64,000 nucleotides of DNA from Amoebidium appalachense (taxonomy: Eukaryota; Protista; Ichthyosporea). A program made the translations under genes and the position numbers. Of the stretch, positions 57,767 through 64,000 are shown one piece after another; positions within the stretch are counted from its first letter, which is position 1, and each line of letters starts with the position of its first letter. The notes under the pieces are model-generated. The model did no database searches and was not told the DNA's origin. It was given only the letters and a program-made list of their open reading frames with translations. The DNA is taken from contig CAVNZM010000003.1 in NCBI GenBank assembly GCA_963693365.1, positions 11,505,651-11,569,650 on the forward strand, given 5' to 3'.

Positions 57767-59650
57767 TCGTCCTTGGCATTCCGTTTCCTCAGTGTACCCC
57801 TGTAGCTGTCCCAATAGTACACTGCCGCCATTTCGATGAAACCCAAGTAATCCACGAAGAAGGGCATTCAGTTTGATTCCAAAATATCTCACAACAGCCA
57901 TTGGATTGTTTGCAGGTCACGTGCTCTATCGTTAACTGATGGTAGATTTTGACTGTGGCCTAAATCCCCCATACAACGATAGAGAAGGGGGTCGTATGTT
58001 TCACCAAAATTTGTTGTTAACCAAATATCATAGGGACCATCGTGGATAGCTTGGCTAAAAGCTTGCTGACGGTGACGCATTTTAGTCGCAACAGAACCTA
58101 AAACCCTACTCCCGGTGATATCAATGGCGTGCTGTAAAGCTGTTATGTGGGGGTTATGAATGTTCTGGTGCTCACGTGACGTTTGAACCGCATTTTGAAG
58201 CATTGCGGGTGTTATTTGCCCGATGAGTGAACGGCTCTGCTCCGGCATGAGTCTAGCAGTGAGGCGAGACGAAAAAAGTGATTGGTGCCTAGCAAGAATG
58301 TCAAGTGCCACGAACACGAATGCTCGATGTGCACCAAAACGGCCCCCTCGGAGGTTCAGTAAGTGACTAATATCTCGTTGGAAAGTGGACCCTACCGGAC
58401 CACCTATGCCAAGGGGAAACAAACTTGGGTAAGAGCCCGCCATGAGTTTTTCTAACTCGTAAAAATCCGTTATCGGATCGTTTCCTGCTGGGATGTTCAA
58501 ACAACTTCCGGTTTCGTTTAGTAAATCTGCTGCTGTGCATGCTCGGTGCTCTTTCTGTACATTGCTTCCCTCCGTATCAATCAACCCTGAGCTGTGTACA
58601 ATCATTACCGGAGGTTCACTGGGCATTTCCGTTTCCGTTTCTTCCGATGTAGCCTGCACCGTCACAGTTCAGAACCGGTTCCAGAATACTGTTCTCCGGA
58701 TACTGAAGCAATGCATCCGTGTCGCACATTACGTTGATGTAACCCTCAAGTCTATTGTACTTGAACAGGTCACGTAGACACGTCTCTATATAAGGCCGTC
58801 GAACCACTGGCACAAACAGTTGAGACGCATATACACATGCACGCGCGCTTGTTTTTGGTCCGGAAAAAAGCACCACTATGTTCCCTGCGGTATCTGCAGG
58901 AACAAGGGGCAGTTTCTGCGCCACTCCACCTGGTGATTGAGGAAGAGTAATGACGTGTCCTTTCATTGCCCAATATTGTGTATCTTCAAGGAAGTAGGGC
59001 GACGATAAACGGCACAGGTGAATAGAAGACCGGTAAAGAGCAACAGCTCTCTCTTCTGCAAACGACAGGTTCCCAAACTTATTCAGTAGCCAATCCAGTC
59101 CCAACCATTTAGGTCCGGCTAATGCGTAAAATGGAGTGTGTCCTTTTTTCAATGCGTTATTGCATGTTTTGCAGATGCGTACCATAATGTTATCAGTGTG
59201 TTGTTCAAGACCGGCGACCTCAATCAAACAGCCAGTTTCCCGAAGTTCTGTGAGCAACTCAGCCCGTGAATCTAGCTCAGGCCAACGCTCAAACAAATCT
59301 GTTTGCTGATTGGTCGGTTGCAATAAAGAACTATAAATTTCTGCAAATTCAAGTGTTGAAATGCGCATAACACTCGAGTTCGGTACCAGCTCATCGCATA
59401 CTGCACATGACAAGTGCATTGTATTTTCCGGACTTACCAACTCTCGGTAAATGTTCACTGATTTCTGCACAGTATTGATACTAATGGCTGAGGGAAGTGA
59501 TGTAGCCGTTTCGTGGATACTGTTCGTTGTCGTATCAGTCTCCCTTAAACGATATGCTAGTTGTTGCTCTCTTTCCTCCATATGATGTATCGCCTGCACG
59601 TGCCAAAAAGTGCAATCAGATACTACATCTTTGGGACTGGCACAATATCA
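57766..59650 (-). mobile_element. Truncated, frameshifted Helitron/Helentron Rep ORF (DUF6570-like + Helitron_like_N), with no helicase part
   Basis: CAVC...ICKTC...PFYALA..WLG...LSFAEE...MKGHVITLPQ...VRRP (DUF6570-like); YPSLFPLGIGG, GRFGAHRAFVF, GS...IWLTTN, NNPMAVVRYF, ETECQGRG (Rep N-terminal region). Frameshifts at ~58650 and ~57912; the ORF ends at a GTAAGT donor at 57765. Confidence 0.85.
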
Positions 59651-60135
59651 ACCATTTCTCTTCCGGGCATTTTCCCTTGCCTCTAATTTTTTTCTTCCGT
59701 TTATTATTCCCTCCTCCCCCCTCCCCCCTCCCTCCCTCCTTCCCCCTCCCCCCCCCCCCTCCCCTTTCTCTTCTTCTATTCTGCTTTTTTTCATCATTGC
59801 CTCTTGAGTTCCGTATCGCGTTCTTTTCTGTCCCTTTCCTTCCCTCTCTCCTTTTCCTGTTTCTTTCTTTTTCCTTCTCGTTGTCAGTTTAAAAAGTTAT
59901 TAAAATAATTATGTATCAAGCTCAAAATTCCCTGCTCCTCTCATCTTCTATTTTTTCTTTCTTGCCTACCCCCTTCTTCACCCTTGAACTAAACGCCATT
60001 CCCACTTGTCCTCCCCTGTGTTTTTTTCGATTTTATTGTTCCCCAGTCCTTTTTCCCCTCGTTTCCCTTTTCCCCTCTGTTTCCCTTACCTGTCCCCTTC
60101 CCTTCCGTGTTTCTTAACTTTTCTGTTTTTTTTCT

Positions 60136-62539
<2,404 letters not shown>

Positions 62540-62540
<1 letters not shown>

Positions 62541-62601
62541 AAGAAGCGAGCGCTTTGATTCGCTGAAACATAAGAAGCGAGCGCTTTGATTCGCTGAAAC
62601 A
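62540..62601. repeat. 31-bp perfect direct repeat x2
   Basis: taagaagcgagcgctttgattcgctgaaaca occurs twice in tandem. Confidence 0.85.
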
Positions 62602-63356
62602 TGTTCCAGCCAATCAGACTCAAACTGGGTCGCCGCGTTCTCCGATTGCTATGGATACTGGCACCCGATTGGCTGTACATTCTTTTTCTTTCTCACTCTT
62701 GGCATCTCACGTGAGACCCGCTCTCCCCTTCCCCCAAACCCCTATCCCCAATAAGCCCAATCTCCCTGACAGGAAACCTGTCACTGAAGGAGATTGGTAG
62801 ATAATGGATAAGCAGAAGCTAGCATTGGTAGCTCCGAGAGAAAGTTAAGATACCGTATCACAATATCATACTGTGCAGCATTAATAAGGTGATCTAACAC
62901 GGTCATTTTATAACGGATATACTGGGGGAGCGAAGTAGAAGAGAGAATAAAGCCGCCCATAACCTCCGGTTCTACGACATTAGCTAACCCCCCTGTAATC
63001 AAGTGATTAATCTTCAACGTTAATCACATTTGCGGCCCCTCCACCGACTTACCCAGCAGCCCAAAAATACATGTTAAGTAGGCAAAATGTTGGTTTTGAT
63101 AGTCAAGAAAACGCCTATGTAATTTTATTGGCTGTTTATGTCTATAATATCCATGTTTATTATACACCTTCGAGAAGAGGTGCGAGCGGAAAAGAGATCA
63201 ATCAATCCGAGAAGAAGATTAATCACAGCGGCTGGATCCCGCGGCACATGCATATGATCGGCAGCCGGCCGCGGTTCACGAAGCGCACGTGTTAATTGTG
63301 CGCGCACAGCTTGCAGGCTCCCGGTGTCATGTGTCAGGTACTCTTCTCACTTTCTC

Positions 63357-63394
<38 letters not shown>

Positions 63395-64000
63395 GTGTGT
63401 GTCTGGGTGCTGGTGTGTGCGTACGTGTGTGTGTGTGTGTGAAAAGTAGCGACGGCCCGTGTTGTTTGTTTACAACAGCTAAAAAAGGCTATACGTCACA
63501 CCATAAATGGGTTTTGTTCGTACAACAACCAATGGTATACTGCACTCGAGGGTGTAAAAGCATTGCTTCTTTGTTGAAACGCAGCGTTTTCCCCCCCACA
63601 TCATAATGCAATACAGCACACTAGGATCAATCATTCAAGCCTTGCAGCCTGGCAGCCACTGGCTCCTTGATTAATGATCTTCGATATCCATATTCACCTA
63701 CCGTCACGCTCTCGCTGTGCCGCAATGTCCATATGCAACATACACCCAGCCGCTGGGCTTTCAAACCTATATATGTTTGCTTCGCTCATGGAAAGTTTCA
63801 GCCCCGTCGGACCATTTTTCGGTAACATTCGACAACAGAAATTTATGGACGCCGGCAAAACCGCTGTGGACATGCTTCGCGGGCGGTTGCAGAAACAGAT
63901 GCCCTTTTTCGAGCGGGCGGACGGATCCCCCCGCCATGTGACTGCGTCCCAGGAGGTGGCGGCTTTTTATCGTGCGTGGTTGGATCGGATTGGCGCACCG

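Noticed and set aside
62781-63307. Short minus-strand ORFs near the right edge
   Set aside because: They are under 80 aa, and I found no consistent splice model or motif; cannot be supported from this window alone.

Overview
Intron-rich eukaryotic genomic DNA, heavily loaded with poly(G)/poly(C) runs and (CA)n/(CT)n microsatellites. Most ORFs in the supplied track are repeat artefacts, so I rebuilt genes by hand from GT-AG splice sites. From left to right the window holds: (i) a head-to-head pair of intronless ~206-aa secreted-protein genes, plus a partial third copy in a segmental duplication; (ii) three tandem, decayed paralogues of an unknown Pro/Ser/Thr-rich gene; (iii) an RRM-CCHC-RS splicing factor (SRSF7/RSZ type) with a candidate poison exon; (iv) an unknown secreted protein; (v) a UPF0235/DUF167 (C15orf40-like) gene; (vi) guanylate kinase; (vii) an alpha/beta-hydrolase of the monoacylglycerol-lipase type; (viii) a 13-exon MEDS-HisKA-HATPase-REC hybrid histidine kinase; (ix) a truncated, frameshifted Helitron/Helentron Rep ORF with a nested tandem-repeat array upstream. 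The two most interesting signals are the prokaryote-type MEDS sensor in a fully intronised eukaryotic kinase, and a family of at least 9 co-oriented, 5'-truncated retroelement-like 3' ends that finish in poly(C) and sit in G/C homopolymer runs. Family assignments come from motif recognition only; no database searches were run.
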